DNA of 64,000 nucleotides, from sequence record MN988561.1. One strand, given 5' to 3'. Under the pieces are notes generated by a model. The model saw nothing but the letters and a program-made list of their open reading frames with translations, was not told the origin of the DNA and searched no databases. This document shows, one piece after another, positions 18,350 through 28,162 of this stretch; within the stretch, counting starts at the first letter, position 1; each line of letters opens with the position of its first letter. The position numbers and the translations under genes are program-made.

Positions 18350-18742
18350 ATGGCATACGGAGACTATAACGGACCTAACAAGTCTGATAAAGGTCAGGAG
18401 AACGGTAGCTGTAATCGTACCAGATGCCAGTGCTCTCCTGCAATCTGGTATAACCATGGATCATTTTCATGGTATTGTACTGAGTGCAAGAACGATATAT
18501 GGAATGCTAATAAGCATACCTTCCATATCGATATGCCGAATGTCAAGCATCCGATGTTCGAGACTCGTGAGATGATCGACAAGAGAGTCGCTAATGAGTT
18601 CTTCTCAAGCTTCGGTACAGGTACTGGCAAGGGTATGCTAGAGGATCAGGTCAGGAGAAAGCTGGTCATCGACAAATCTGAGCCATTCTCAGATGTTCTC
18701 ATGAAACTGATGATGTATCGTGGACTTGAGGAGGTATCCTAA
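18350..18742 (+). CDS. Cys-rich putative zinc-binding protein
   Basis: GSCNRTRCQC...YCTECK. Confidence 0.55.
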   Translation: MAYGDYNGPNKSDKGQENGSCNRTRCQCSPAIWYNHGSFSWYCTECKNDIWNANKHTFHIDMPNVKHPMFETREMIDKRVANEFFSSFGTGTGKGMLEDQVRRKLVIDKSEPFSDVLMKLMMYRGLEEVS

Positions 18743-19224
18743 TGGCATATGGTGAGTATCGTGGTCAGACTCTTGGTCGCATCATGCACTTCTTGTACAA
18801 GATGGACTTCAACTCCGACTCATGGGCTCGGATCGGATTCGATAAGGTGAAGGGTAAGATTGTAATCTACAATACTTACTTCTCTCATCCTGACAATCTT
18901 CGATTCGAGTCTAAGGACTCGCATCCTGATGGTCGTATCTTCGGATACATCACGTGGGAGAATGATGGCGACTCCGATTATCCTATCCTTGAACTCGATG
19001 AATTCTTCAAGGATGACATTCATAACTCCTGGCAGGAGAGATGGGACGAGGCAGTCAGACGTATCAAGCAGACTGACAAGTATCTCGATCGTCCAATGTA
19101 CTCCAAGAAGGAAGACGATTATCGTAAGCGTATCAAGGATATGACCGATAGAGCACATCTGACAGCAGGTGTCTTTGAGTATCCTTATTCCAAGGTCGTT
19201 CAGCAGATACGTGTATCATCTTAA
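18742..19224 (+). CDS. Hypothetical protein
   Basis: TAATG-coupled, GAGGAGG SD. Confidence 0.7.
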   Translation: MAYGEYRGQTLGRIMHFLYKMDFNSDSWARIGFDKVKGKIVIYNTYFSHPDNLRFESKDSHPDGRIFGYITWENDGDSDYPILELDEFFKDDIHNSWQERWDEAVRRIKQTDKYLDRPMYSKKEDDYRKRIKDMTDRAHLTAGVFEYPYSKVVQQIRVSS

Positions 19225-19260
19225 TTAGCATTATCTTTTATAAAACGAGGAACAGTTAAT

Positions 19261-19788
19261 ATGCATGAATTCTCTGGTACGTTTGCATGGCTTCATCCCG
19301 ATCGTCAAACTCTTATCAACATGCTTGGATGGCTTGAAGATAATGAAGTCGAGGAGCCATGCATTACTCAGTATGGTCGTCATCTGCATACGACTATCTA
19401 CAATCATGGCTACGAGATCTTTGTACCTCGTAAGAAACTCGAGAAGCCTATTGTAGTTACTCCGGATCAGCTCGAATACAAGAATCTGAGTGGTCGATTC
19501 TTGATTCGTCTCAACAATCCGACTCTGAAGAATTATGCTCGTGGATACTACAGTCGTATCCCTGAGTTCAATATGGCAGAATGGGAGTCGACGTTCAGTC
19601 CTCACATGTTGCTAGGTATGGTAGGTCGTAAGAGAAGTCTGAAGAAGCCTATCGACTTTCCTATTGTATTCATAGGTGTCAACTCTAGTCCTCGTCTGAA
19701 GACTAAGGCAGATATCATCGAGGAGATTCGTGCTAAGACATTGAGTCAATCTCGTAAGAATCACATTGTCAAACTCATGGAGAGTTAA
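19261..19788 (+). CDS. 2H phosphoesterase resembling T4 gp57B/Acb1 (anti-CBASS nuclease family)
   Basis: SGTFAWLHP, HLHTTIY and FSPHMLL align by eye with gp57B TGLYVAAKF, IHSTICY and YTPHITL; similar length. Confidence 0.65.
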   Translation: MHEFSGTFAWLHPDRQTLINMLGWLEDNEVEEPCITQYGRHLHTTIYNHGYEIFVPRKKLEKPIVVTPDQLEYKNLSGRFLIRLNNPTLKNYARGYYSRIPEFNMAEWESTFSPHMLLGMVGRKRSLKKPIDFPIVFIGVNSSPRLKTKADIIEEIRAKTLSQSRKNHIVKLMES

Positions 19789-20429
19789 GTGGACTCTAAG
19801 AAATTCCATGGATTCGATGAGTACTGTGATACTATCGCAGACGATATCAAGTCACAAGAAGATCGTAGAGTTTTGAGTGAACTCTACATAAATAGAGACG
19901 ATCCAGAGTATCTGAAAGATCCTATAGGCTATGCTGTGAAGACATTCTGGAGAAGTCTCGATAACACTCCATCAAAAGGAAATTCTTGATGTTCAAGACA
20001 TGGACGTTCTTTGGATTAAGGTTCCAGATACACATCTTACCTAGATTCAAAGTACGTCTATATTTTGACTCAGGTAAATATTGGAGAAAGAATGAATGAT
20101 TGTATGTGTGGTAGTATTCACAATCGTCACCCATTTTCTATCAGGTCGACGCAGACGTTACTGGAAAGTACTCTAAGAATTATTTAATGGAGTTGGATTT
20201 GTGATCATTCAACATGAAGAGAAATGGTGGATTAAGATTGTTCAAGATATCTATCCTGAGAAAGATGATGTCTTCTATGTATACGAAGGTGACCTCGATA
20301 CAGAGAATATGATCGCCATTGGATTCATTAGTCCCAATCGTACGATTCGAGGACTGAAGATCATCAAAGAACTCGGTACTCTGGAGGATTGGAAGATCGT
20401 CTGTGAGGCTGTTGAGAGGATTATACTGA

Positions 20430-20906
20430 ATGTCAAGCATTAGTTTCGCAGATATGGATCGTTATGAGAAGATGATTCTCAATAATCTCACGGTTCCTGA
20501 TAGTGAGAGGAAAGATATCTGGTCAGAAATCGCTCGTGAGCGTCTAGGTAAGCAAGATGTCTCCATTGAAGAACGTAGAGCAATCAAGTTACTGTACTGG
20601 CAGACTGCATATGGTATCGAGAAGAAGCCTCCTTCTGAACCTTGGGATACTCTCGATATCAAGATTAAATCTCTTACGCTAGGATCGATTGCATGTCCAT
20701 CAGCATGGGATATTGTTGATGAGAATGGTAAGAAGTACTATGCAAGATATCGTGGAGCTACTCTTCGAGTATATGAAGATCCTGCTCACAATGAGATCTT
20801 CAAGATTGTAGTCAGTGACATTCCACTTGACGGTATGATGCCGACAATCGTGATGCTTAATCTGACAGGTATGGAACTTGTCGATGGAGCTACTGTCGAA
20901 ATCTGA
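20430..20906 (+). CDS. Hypothetical protein
   Basis: ORF track; ACPSAWD...YYARYRGATL. Confidence 0.6.
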   Translation: MSSISFADMDRYEKMILNNLTVPDSERKDIWSEIARERLGKQDVSIEERRAIKLLYWQTAYGIEKKPPSEPWDTLDIKIKSLTLGSIACPSAWDIVDENGKKYYARYRGATLRVYEDPAHNEIFKIVVSDIPLDGMMPTIVMLNLTGMELVDGATVEI

Positions 20907-20945
20907 GAAAATAAAACGCCGATTATTGCGAATAAAAGAAAAAGA

Positions 20946-20986
20946 TGGGTGCAGTTGTGGGCTCAGAAGGATTCTTCTTTGAAGGG
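20946..20986 (+). promoter_or_regulatory. Bipartite motif copy 6 with upstream A-tracts
   Basis: TGGGTGCAGTT-13nt-GATTCTTCTTTGAAGGG; A-rich 20907-20944. Confidence 0.78.
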
Positions 20987-21068
20987 GCTGGAATGGTTCT
21001 ACCCTTCTGGTAAGCTCCATCTTACGCACAGGATGGAGTAGATTGTTGATTGTGCGTTAACAAGGAGA

Positions 21069-21401
21069 ATGGAAATGTTCGCAGTTTATGCTCGTACGAC
21101 GAAGGATGGTACCGATCATATCGAAATGTATGAACGGAAGCAGGATCGCAACTTCGTCGAGACCATGGACCAGATGTCCAAGAACTATGGTCACAAGATG
21201 CACAAGGCTCAGGTCTTCGAATCGGAGGAGAATCTTCGTGAGTGGGTCAAAAAGGAACTCGGTGCTAACTGGATCACGCTCCTGGACAAGACGATCGAAG
21301 ATCAGAAGAAGGACCATCGTCTGAAGGGCAATCGTGGTGACACGGCTCCTCAGAAGGCAGCTGATGCCAAGAAGGATTCTGGTCAGTCTGCAAGCAGGTG
21401 A
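21069..21401 (+). CDS. Hypothetical protein, monocistronic after motif copy 6
   Basis: AAGGAG SD; bounded by the motif and the terminator at 21426. Confidence 0.75.
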   Translation: MEMFAVYARTTKDGTDHIEMYERKQDRNFVETMDQMSKNYGHKMHKAQVFESEENLREWVKKELGANWITLLDKTIEDQKKDHRLKGNRGDTAPQKAADAKKDSGQSASR

Positions 21402-21425
21402 TCCTGACCAGGACTAAACAATATC

Positions 21426-21463
21426 GCCTAGTGGAGAGCAATCTTCACTAGGCCTTTTCTTTT
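21426..21463 (+). terminator. Intrinsic terminator
   Basis: GCCTAGTGGAGA-GCAA-TCTTCACTAGGC then CTTTTCTTTT. Confidence 0.85.
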
Positions 21464-21958
21464 ATCTAAACGTGACATATGATATTTCTTGAAGATACTG
21501 ACATTGATACAGTTAATACAACATCCACTCACTTTGAGAAACTGGAAGGACCATTCTTTCAGATCACTCACAATACTGCATATACTCGTGCGACTTATAC
21601 GATTAAGAGAGCTCTCATTATCAAGAAGAGTCTTGAAGAGAAGAAGGTCGATAAGAGACCATTTCACATTCGCATGAAAGATCATCCTAGTAGCAGGAAA
21701 CATAAATAATGGCATATGACTTGAATATCCTCGACGACGGTGAGACAGAGATCGTCGCTAATGTCATGGGAAATCTAGGTCTCGAAGAGGGAGACGATGA
21801 TGATCATGAGAAATTCGTCAAGTTTCTAGAGACTGCTGACGAATTCGACATCCTGGATAAGTATCTCACATGGATCGGTATCATCGGATTCACTAACGAG
21901 ATCCTCGATGTGATCGAGAAGATCAGAGAAGCTAAGATTAATACTGAGGACGAATCTA

Positions 21959-22915
21959 GTGATTGAAGAAAATCAGAATGTAGCCAATCATCTTAATCGT
22001 CTTGTCTCATTCTACAAAATTGCAGGTGAGACGAATAAGGCTACATCATTCGCTAAGGCTGCTGCGACTATCCTCGCTATGGAAGAGTCTGTTCAAGGAT
22101 ATGACTTCTGGAAGAATAAGATTCCAGGAATTGGTGGATCGACGATTAAAGAGATCAGTGAGTACCTGAAATGGGGTACGACTGAGAGAATGAAGGATCT
22201 AGAATCCAAGCATGCGACTCGTAATCCTGATCTTGCAGGACTTCAGACGATTCCTGGAGTAGGGATCATGAAAGCTCTGGAGTTATGGAAGAAGTATGGA
22301 GTAGCTGACGTCATCGAAGCTATCAAAGCTGCTCAGAATGGACGCATTCCTGATGAAGAACTCAAGAAGAACATCCTCTCAATGGCAATTCAGCAGGATA
22401 CTCTTGTTTACAGTGATGTGATTATCGCTGCTCAAGATCTATGCAATGCTGTAGGTAAGATCAACGGGTATGCACATACTCAATTCGTAGGGTCGATCCG
22501 TCGTAAGATCGAGACATTGACAGAGATTGAGATCTTGTCAACGATTGAGGATGGAGATCTCATTCAAGTTCTAAGTAGTCGAGATATTGACAAGATCGAA
22601 TGGGTTGATCAAAGTCATGCTCGATTCAATCTACCTATTGGTGACAAGAGCATCACTACTTCCATCTACCTCACGACTCCTGAAGAGTACTACACAGGAT
22701 TGTTGTATCGTACTGGTCCTAAGTCGTTCATCAAAGCTATCCAATCCTTCGCTAAGGAGAGGGGATGGAAGATGAATGAGCATCGACTCTTGTTGATCAG
22801 TGACCCTAAGATTTCCAGACATATGCCTACTGAAGAACTACTGTTCAGATTCCTAGGACTTGAGTATGTAGCTCCTGAAGATCGAGTTGATGAAACCTCA
22901 ATCAAGAAGATATGA
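21959..22915 (+). CDS. polX: X-family DNA polymerase homolog, predicted catalytically inactive
   Basis: 8-kDa domain, two HhH motifs (IPGIG, IPGVG), GSIRR, YRTGPKSF...NEHRL, LFRFLGLEYVAPEDR; DxD replaced by EIE and third Asp by Ser. Confidence 0.88.
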   Translation: MIEENQNVANHLNRLVSFYKIAGETNKATSFAKAAATILAMEESVQGYDFWKNKIPGIGGSTIKEISEYLKWGTTERMKDLESKHATRNPDLAGLQTIPGVGIMKALELWKKYGVADVIEAIKAAQNGRIPDEELKKNILSMAIQQDTLVYSDVIIAAQDLCNAVGKINGYAHTQFVGSIRRKIETLTEIEILSTIEDGDLIQVLSSRDIDKIEWVDQSHARFNLPIGDKSITTSIYLTTPEEYYTGLLYRTGPKSFIKAIQSFAKERGWKMNEHRLLLISDPKISRHMPTEELLFRFLGLEYVAPEDRVDETSIKKI

Positions 22916-23325
22916 AGATGATTATAAATAATGTCCTTCAGTCCTTAGATAAGATACCTGAAGCAGTATCTGAGTATCTGCTAGTTGATTTGAATGTATT
23001 TCATGGCAAAGGATATCTTGACGTAGAAAGGATGATGAATGACTATCTACGTCAAGCTAAGTATCAACGTAAGTTGCTAGTCATCACGATTCCTGCAGCT
23101 GATCTCAAAGTCAGATGGAAGATTGATGCTTACAATGCTCGAGATTATGAGATCCCTATGTGGACAGCACCGTATTCTCGATCTGTGTATCAGTTAGCTC
23201 ATATCGTTGTAGCTTATGGTGATAGGATTGTTCTCATCAAAGGACGACCTGATCGTAGGCATGATGAGAGAATCAAGTATGAAATTCATCAGCAAATAAA
23301 GATGCTTCAAGATAATTCTAATTAA
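22912..23325 (+). CDS. Hypothetical protein
   Basis: ATGA-coupled to polX. Confidence 0.6.
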   Translation: MKMIINNVLQSLDKIPEAVSEYLLVDLNVFHGKGYLDVERMMNDYLRQAKYQRKLLVITIPAADLKVRWKIDAYNARDYEIPMWTAPYSRSVYQLAHIVVAYGDRIVLIKGRPDRRHDERIKYEIHQQIKMLQDNSN

Positions 23326-23343
23326 GCCAATTAAGCGGTCAGG

Positions 23344-23379
23344 AGCCTTCCTCGTTGTGAGGTTCCCTATGGAGACTAT
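23344..23379 (+). promoter_or_regulatory. Second conserved leader element, copy A
   Basis: AGCCTTCCTCGTTGTGAGG...TATGGAGACTA, near-identical to 52517-52550. Confidence 0.6.
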
Positions 23380-23381
23380 CT

Positions 23382-23984
23382 GTGACTCTTTCCATTCATC
23401 CTAGAATCATTTACTTCCAGAATATTGTAGCAGAACATCATTCGAATCTTGAAAATGATTGCTCTATATACAGAGTCATCAATGGTAATTTCTACATTAA
23501 GGTAGATCATAAGACCAATGAGGTATATGATATTCCGAGAGGTGACGGTACATCTCGTAAAGACAGATTGAAGATCGAGTATACAGGTCCATTCCCTACA
23601 TGGTATGACTACAATGGACTTCTTATGCATGCTCAACGAGCACTAGTTGACGATAGTGTTAATGATGCATATCGAAAGTATGAGAGTGGTGAACCTATCC
23701 ACGTTCAGCAGGATTTCGTTGAGACTAAAGAGTACTTCACTCTACATGGTATGCATGGAGCAACTAGAGTTTACTATGGTTCTCATGGATACGGAGCAGT
23801 AGAGTGGTCATCAAGTGTAACTCCTTATCAATTTAGTACAGCAGAAGAAGCTCAGTCTACTTTGACAGGTAAATATTCTGACCCTCCACCTAAGAGTTTG
23901 ACAGATATCGTTATTACTCATGTCAAACGACGAGTCACGAAGACTGTTGAGACTGAGACATCAATCATTAAGGTTAAATCATGA
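23382..23984 (+). CDS. Hypothetical protein
   Basis: GTG start 7 nt after GGAG. Confidence 0.7.
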   Translation: MTLSIHPRIIYFQNIVAEHHSNLENDCSIYRVINGNFYIKVDHKTNEVYDIPRGDGTSRKDRLKIEYTGPFPTWYDYNGLLMHAQRALVDDSVNDAYRKYESGEPIHVQQDFVETKEYFTLHGMHGATRVYYGSHGYGAVEWSSSVTPYQFSTAEEAQSTLTGKYSDPPPKSLTDIVITHVKRRVTKTVETETSIIKVKS

Positions 23985-24262
23985 CAACTCATACCGTAAA
24001 GAGCTGGTCTCATTTCTATGACGAGATCGTCGCAGGTCGTAAAATGCACGATATGCGAGACATGAAGGATCGAGACTACAAGGTAGGTGACTTCCTTGAT
24101 CTCCAGAGATACGATAACGTGAATGGTAAGTATACTGGCGAGAGTGCTCTCGTAGAGATTACCTATATCACGTCAAGAAATACTCCATGTGCATTCAGTA
24201 GTTCTGCACTGGATCGAGACTATTGCATCCTAAGTCTGAAACTCGTACCTGACGGAGAGTGA
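23981..24262 (+). CDS. DUF3850 / ASCH (PUA-like) domain protein
   Basis: HTVKSWSHFYDEIVAGRK...DRDYKVGDFL.L..Y...YTG....VEITYI. Confidence 0.82.
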   Translation: MTTHTVKSWSHFYDEIVAGRKMHDMRDMKDRDYKVGDFLDLQRYDNVNGKYTGESALVEITYITSRNTPCAFSSSALDRDYCILSLKLVPDGE

Positions 24263-24498
24263 AGTGAGTAGAATCGAGATTATGTTTGACATGGAACTGA
24301 AGAAGCCTGCATGTGTATTGCTACAAGCTGCACATGGATGTAGTGAAGCACGATCACTCGTAGGTACTCTTGTTGATCCAGGACTATGGCTACTTGCACC
24401 TACTGAGCATATGCAGAAATTCTCTGGTCCTTATGATCTGATCAGACAGAATCTCGAACAATTGAATGACTATCATAATAATCTGAAGGATTCATCCT

Positions 24499-25176
24499 GT
24501 GAAGTTCGAACCTAGACAATTTTCAGACGTCACTAAAGACGATCCGTACAGTATTCTTAATTATGTTAAGTCCACGTACATTCAATTTTGCAGATTGACG
24601 AGATGGAAGACTCTGAGTGAAAGTAATGAGACAATCGCTCAATTGAATAAAGATATCGGCAATGTCATCAACGTTGTAGGTATCGGAACATATGACCAAG
24701 CTGAGTGCTATCGTCATTACTTGAATGACTTCAATTCTGCATTGAGGATCATTCGAGATGATTGGTTCCATATTAGTCATCTCGAAATGTCTTATATACC
24801 TACAGTAGGGTCTGTCGTATCTAATTCCAAAATGTATGACGATAGTGGTCGACCAATCTCCTTCAGGACTCTTGTAGATCTTGATGTTGATCATTCTGTA
24901 GAGCTGTCGAGAGATATTGTAGATGTATATCTACAAGCATGTCTAGGTTACATGATTAGTATTACTGCACGTATCAGTCTGAAGGATAAAATCTTCCAAA
25001 GTTCATTAGGTCCTACCATCGTCTCCAAGAATGGTAGATATTATAAATTACCTCACGATCTATACTTTGACGTGGAAGGTCTTCGTCCTCGTACTCGAGA
25101 AGATCGTGGTGGAGTTAATCCTGCAACATACGCAGGAGGAGTCAGAGTTAATAGCAATGGATACTTTGAAATCTGA
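24499..25176 (+). CDS. Hypothetical protein
   Basis: ORF track, + strand. Confidence 0.6.
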   Translation: MKFEPRQFSDVTKDDPYSILNYVKSTYIQFCRLTRWKTLSESNETIAQLNKDIGNVINVVGIGTYDQAECYRHYLNDFNSALRIIRDDWFHISHLEMSYIPTVGSVVSNSKMYDDSGRPISFRTLVDLDVDHSVELSRDIVDVYLQACLGYMISITARISLKDKIFQSSLGPTIVSKNGRYYKLPHDLYFDVEGLRPRTREDRGGVNPATYAGGVRVNSNGYFEI

Positions 25177-25344
25177 GAATGTAAGAAGACTGTTGAATGC
25201 AGTTGAGTCAGCAGTCGAGCCTTATCTTGACCATCCGATTCATGAGGTAGTCAAGGAAGATTATGGTCCTGACCCAATTGATCATCGATTCTACGCCAGA
25301 AAATCTCAGACAAGGACTCATCCAACATCCGTTAAGAAAGGACG

Positions 25345-25719
25345 ATGGCGATGAATAGACTTGTAATTATCCTTGCTATCTCAGGAGCTATTGCTACTGC
25401 TAACTTCACTCGTGCACGAGGATCGAGTCTGGAGACAGATGCATATGCTTGGGAGATCTGTCAGATGATGCAATCTACCTACAATGAGTTTGTCGGTGAG
25501 GCAGATAACAATGTGACGGATGAGAAGATCATGTCTCGCATTCAGATCAAACTGGATAAGGATTATGTTTATCCTGGCATCTTCTATAATGCGACAGTAG
25601 TGACTGAACGACTTGACAACAACCATAAGGAATTCGTAGTCTTAGCTAAGTTGAATGAAGGTCCTGCATGGATTGAGATCCGTGCATCAGATCCTGAGTG
25701 TTATGAATTTCCAAGATAA
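25345..25719 (+). CDS. Putative secreted protein
   Basis: N-terminal MNRLVIILAISGAIATA signal-like; two Cys. Confidence 0.55.
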   Translation: MAMNRLVIILAISGAIATANFTRARGSSLETDAYAWEICQMMQSTYNEFVGEADNNVTDEKIMSRIQIKLDKDYVYPGIFYNATVVTERLDNNHKEFVVLAKLNEGPAWIEIRASDPECYEFPR

Positions 25720-25732
25720 TTGAGATATAAAG

Positions 25733-26152
25733 TTGACTACAGTCGCATATCGTAATGGTATTTTAGCAGCAGACTCATTAATCAACGTGTCAGGTACTCG
25801 TGTAGGGAAGATAGTTAAGGTACGTCGTATTAACGACTACCTCGTAGGATTCTCAGGTGATGTGGCTTGTTCCATGAGATTCATCAGAGGATTTGAACTA
25901 TCTGAATTTAAGTATCCAGTTCCTAGTGATATGACTGCACTGATCGTTGATCGTAAAAACAGAGTCATGAGAGTCGAAGGTGGAGAGTTCTTTGAATTTC
26001 TGAGAACTGACTATGACTCTATTGGTAGTGGATTTAACTTTGCACTAGGTGCTATGGCTCATGGAGCTAATGCAGTAGATGCTGTTAAATGTGCTATGAA
26101 GCATGATGTATATACAGGTGGACGTATTATGTCTATCTCGTTTAAGGATTAA
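25733..26152 (+). CDS. Ntn-hydrolase (HslV/proteasome-beta-like) peptidase
   Basis: TTG start giving (M)TTVAY...AADS; GFSGD; SIGSG...ALGAM..GA.A..AV..A...D..TGG. Confidence 0.8.
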   Translation: MTTVAYRNGILAADSLINVSGTRVGKIVKVRRINDYLVGFSGDVACSMRFIRGFELSEFKYPVPSDMTALIVDRKNRVMRVEGGEFFEFLRTDYDSIGSGFNFALGAMAHGANAVDAVKCAMKHDVYTGGRIMSISFKD

Positions 26153-26153
26153 T

Positions 26154-26606
26154 ATGAATCGCAGATTATTTTTATCAGCATTAGCGTCTACCTTATTACT
26201 ATCCTCGACTCCTGCATTCTCTATTCTAGAAAACGATATTGCTGAAGTACCTCCTCTCATGAAGTTAAGGTACCGTCAAATCGTTAATCGTATTAGAGAT
26301 GCTATCCTCACATCCTACCTCGATACAGAGGAAGAGTCAGATAAGACTCAGAAGCGTAAGTATATTGCGAGTTACGCTACCAATCTCCTGAACTACTACA
26401 AAGACAATCGTATCATCCACGACTACGGAGCACTTGTCTACAATACAGTTCAATACGGTACTTTCACTCCGATGAGTGAGGAGACTGTAGTATCAATCTG
26501 TGTTGAGCTCGTGAAAGATGCTAAAGTCTACATGATATTCGCTCCGTACTATGTTGAAAGAGATCCTGATCTCGTTTTGGCTGAGCAATATACCTCGACA
26601 CAATAG
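26154..26606 (+). CDS. Tat-signal protein with a tail-sheath C-terminal-like segment
   Basis: MNRRLFLSALASTLLLSSTPAFS; RQIVNRIRDAI...LLNYYKDNRIIHDY resembles the sheath C-terminal domain pattern. Confidence 0.5.
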   Translation: MNRRLFLSALASTLLLSSTPAFSILENDIAEVPPLMKLRYRQIVNRIRDAILTSYLDTEEESDKTQKRKYIASYATNLLNYYKDNRIIHDYGALVYNTVQYGTFTPMSEETVVSICVELVKDAKVYMIFAPYYVERDPDLVLAEQYTSTQ

Positions 26607-26641
26607 GTTCAGTTAGCGTCCTGAAGGGATTCTTCTTTGAG
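26604..26641 (+). promoter_or_regulatory. Bipartite motif copy 7
   Basis: TAGGTTCAGTT-13nt-GATTCTTCTTTGAG; TAG is the stop of the upstream ORF. Confidence 0.8.
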
Positions 26642-27282
26642 TGAGGGTTGGCCTTGCGATTAAAGGAGAGTCAAATGTCAGGTAGTGTGTTCGTATTTAA
26701 AGCAGGAGTCAAGGAATTCGAGAGTCTGTGCGAGCAGATGGAAACTCAGGATGTTGACTTCGTCGTCCGTGTCGATATCAATCAGAACAAGACTCTGCTT
26801 GTTGATGATCTGATCATCGCTCACCTTGTAGGTGAGGAATCTCACATCTACCTTAACATCTGAGGAGACGGTCATGGCACTTGGTCATACGATCTTCGAG
26901 TACTCTGCATTTGTACTCGAGAGAAACAAGATGAAACTCTCGAATGTAGATCTTGCGACTACACTTCAGCAGATTTACTATACGGATCTGACTGTCTACG
27001 GATACACTGGAGTTCTGCTCAAGGACGAGAATGAGAAGGATGTCATTATCCACGATATCGTTCTTCAGGATGAGCAGTCGTTCTTCAATCACACAGGATA
27101 TGTCCGACTTCCTGAACTACTCTCAAAATATCACAGTCTCTTGAATAAGACGATCGGACATGATTTCGTCAAGTTACATTATCGAGACGGAAGATGGTAT
27201 GATCCTGCTGAGCTTACAAGCATGCCAGGATATGTCGATGCTGCACTTCTGGAGTATCTGAGAAAATGTGACTATTAACGCT

Positions 27283-27326
27283 ATGCCGTATCTGGGATGA
27301 GGGTCCTAGGTACGGCATTTATTTTT
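27283..27326 (+). terminator. Intrinsic terminator
   Basis: ATGCCGTATCTGGGA / TCCTAGGTACGGCAT 15-bp stem then TTATTTTT. Confidence 0.85.
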
Positions 27327-28162
27327 GCCTATATGAACCTGAGGGAGATTAAAATGAATACTCGTATGGTCAATATCAAATGGCCTAGTGGTAAAGTCGA
27401 AGCTTATCCATTCGACGAGGTAGATTATCCTACGAGATACGGACCTCTACCTGTACTCATGCCACCTGAGATTCCTGGATGGAAGATTAGGAATACTGGT
27501 ACTGAGTGGATTGCAATTGTTGATGAGGATTATGTTAATGAAGACTCGTGAAGAAGATCTCGAGCAAGCACTGAAGTGGACTCTTCAGTACATCGATGCG
27601 ATTCCTAAAGATATCGATCTACCTACGATGCCAGGATTCGATCGAGACTACGTTGATAGTCTTCTGACTCCTGTTATCGTACCGAGATACAGTCAAGACC
27701 TGACTCTTCAAGATAAGATGACATTGATTCAGGATATCGATGTAAATGCTTGTATCGAGAAAGGAGTGGCTCACGGATACTATCATTTCAATTCTAGGAT
27801 TAGTCTCTGGAATGAGCATAGTGAGAAGATGGTACCCTATCCATTCAGATTAGTACCTGAAGCAGTCACATATGACGTGTTTGAATTGATGACGAATAAG
27901 TATATAGTTCTTTCATTCAGACGACAAGTCAATGAGAATATCTCATGCTTCAAATGGAATGGTGAAAGATTCATCAAAGTATCTCGCAGCAAGTACAAGT
28001 GGATGGATAGATGAGTGAAGCTCAGAAAGAATTAGCTCGGAAGGTCATGGAGATGAAACATGGTGGTAGGTACAACATCATGGGACTCTTCAAGAGGAAG
28101 CCTCAGTGGGTAGAAAATAAAGAGCTACCGAATCGATTCAGGACTAAGAAGAGGAAGAGTTA

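Noticed and set aside
18350-19224. Tandem duplication suggested by shared MAYG(D/E)Y starts
   Set aside because: Similarity stops after about 8 residues, and TAATGGC(A/T) starts are common in this genome through translational coupling.
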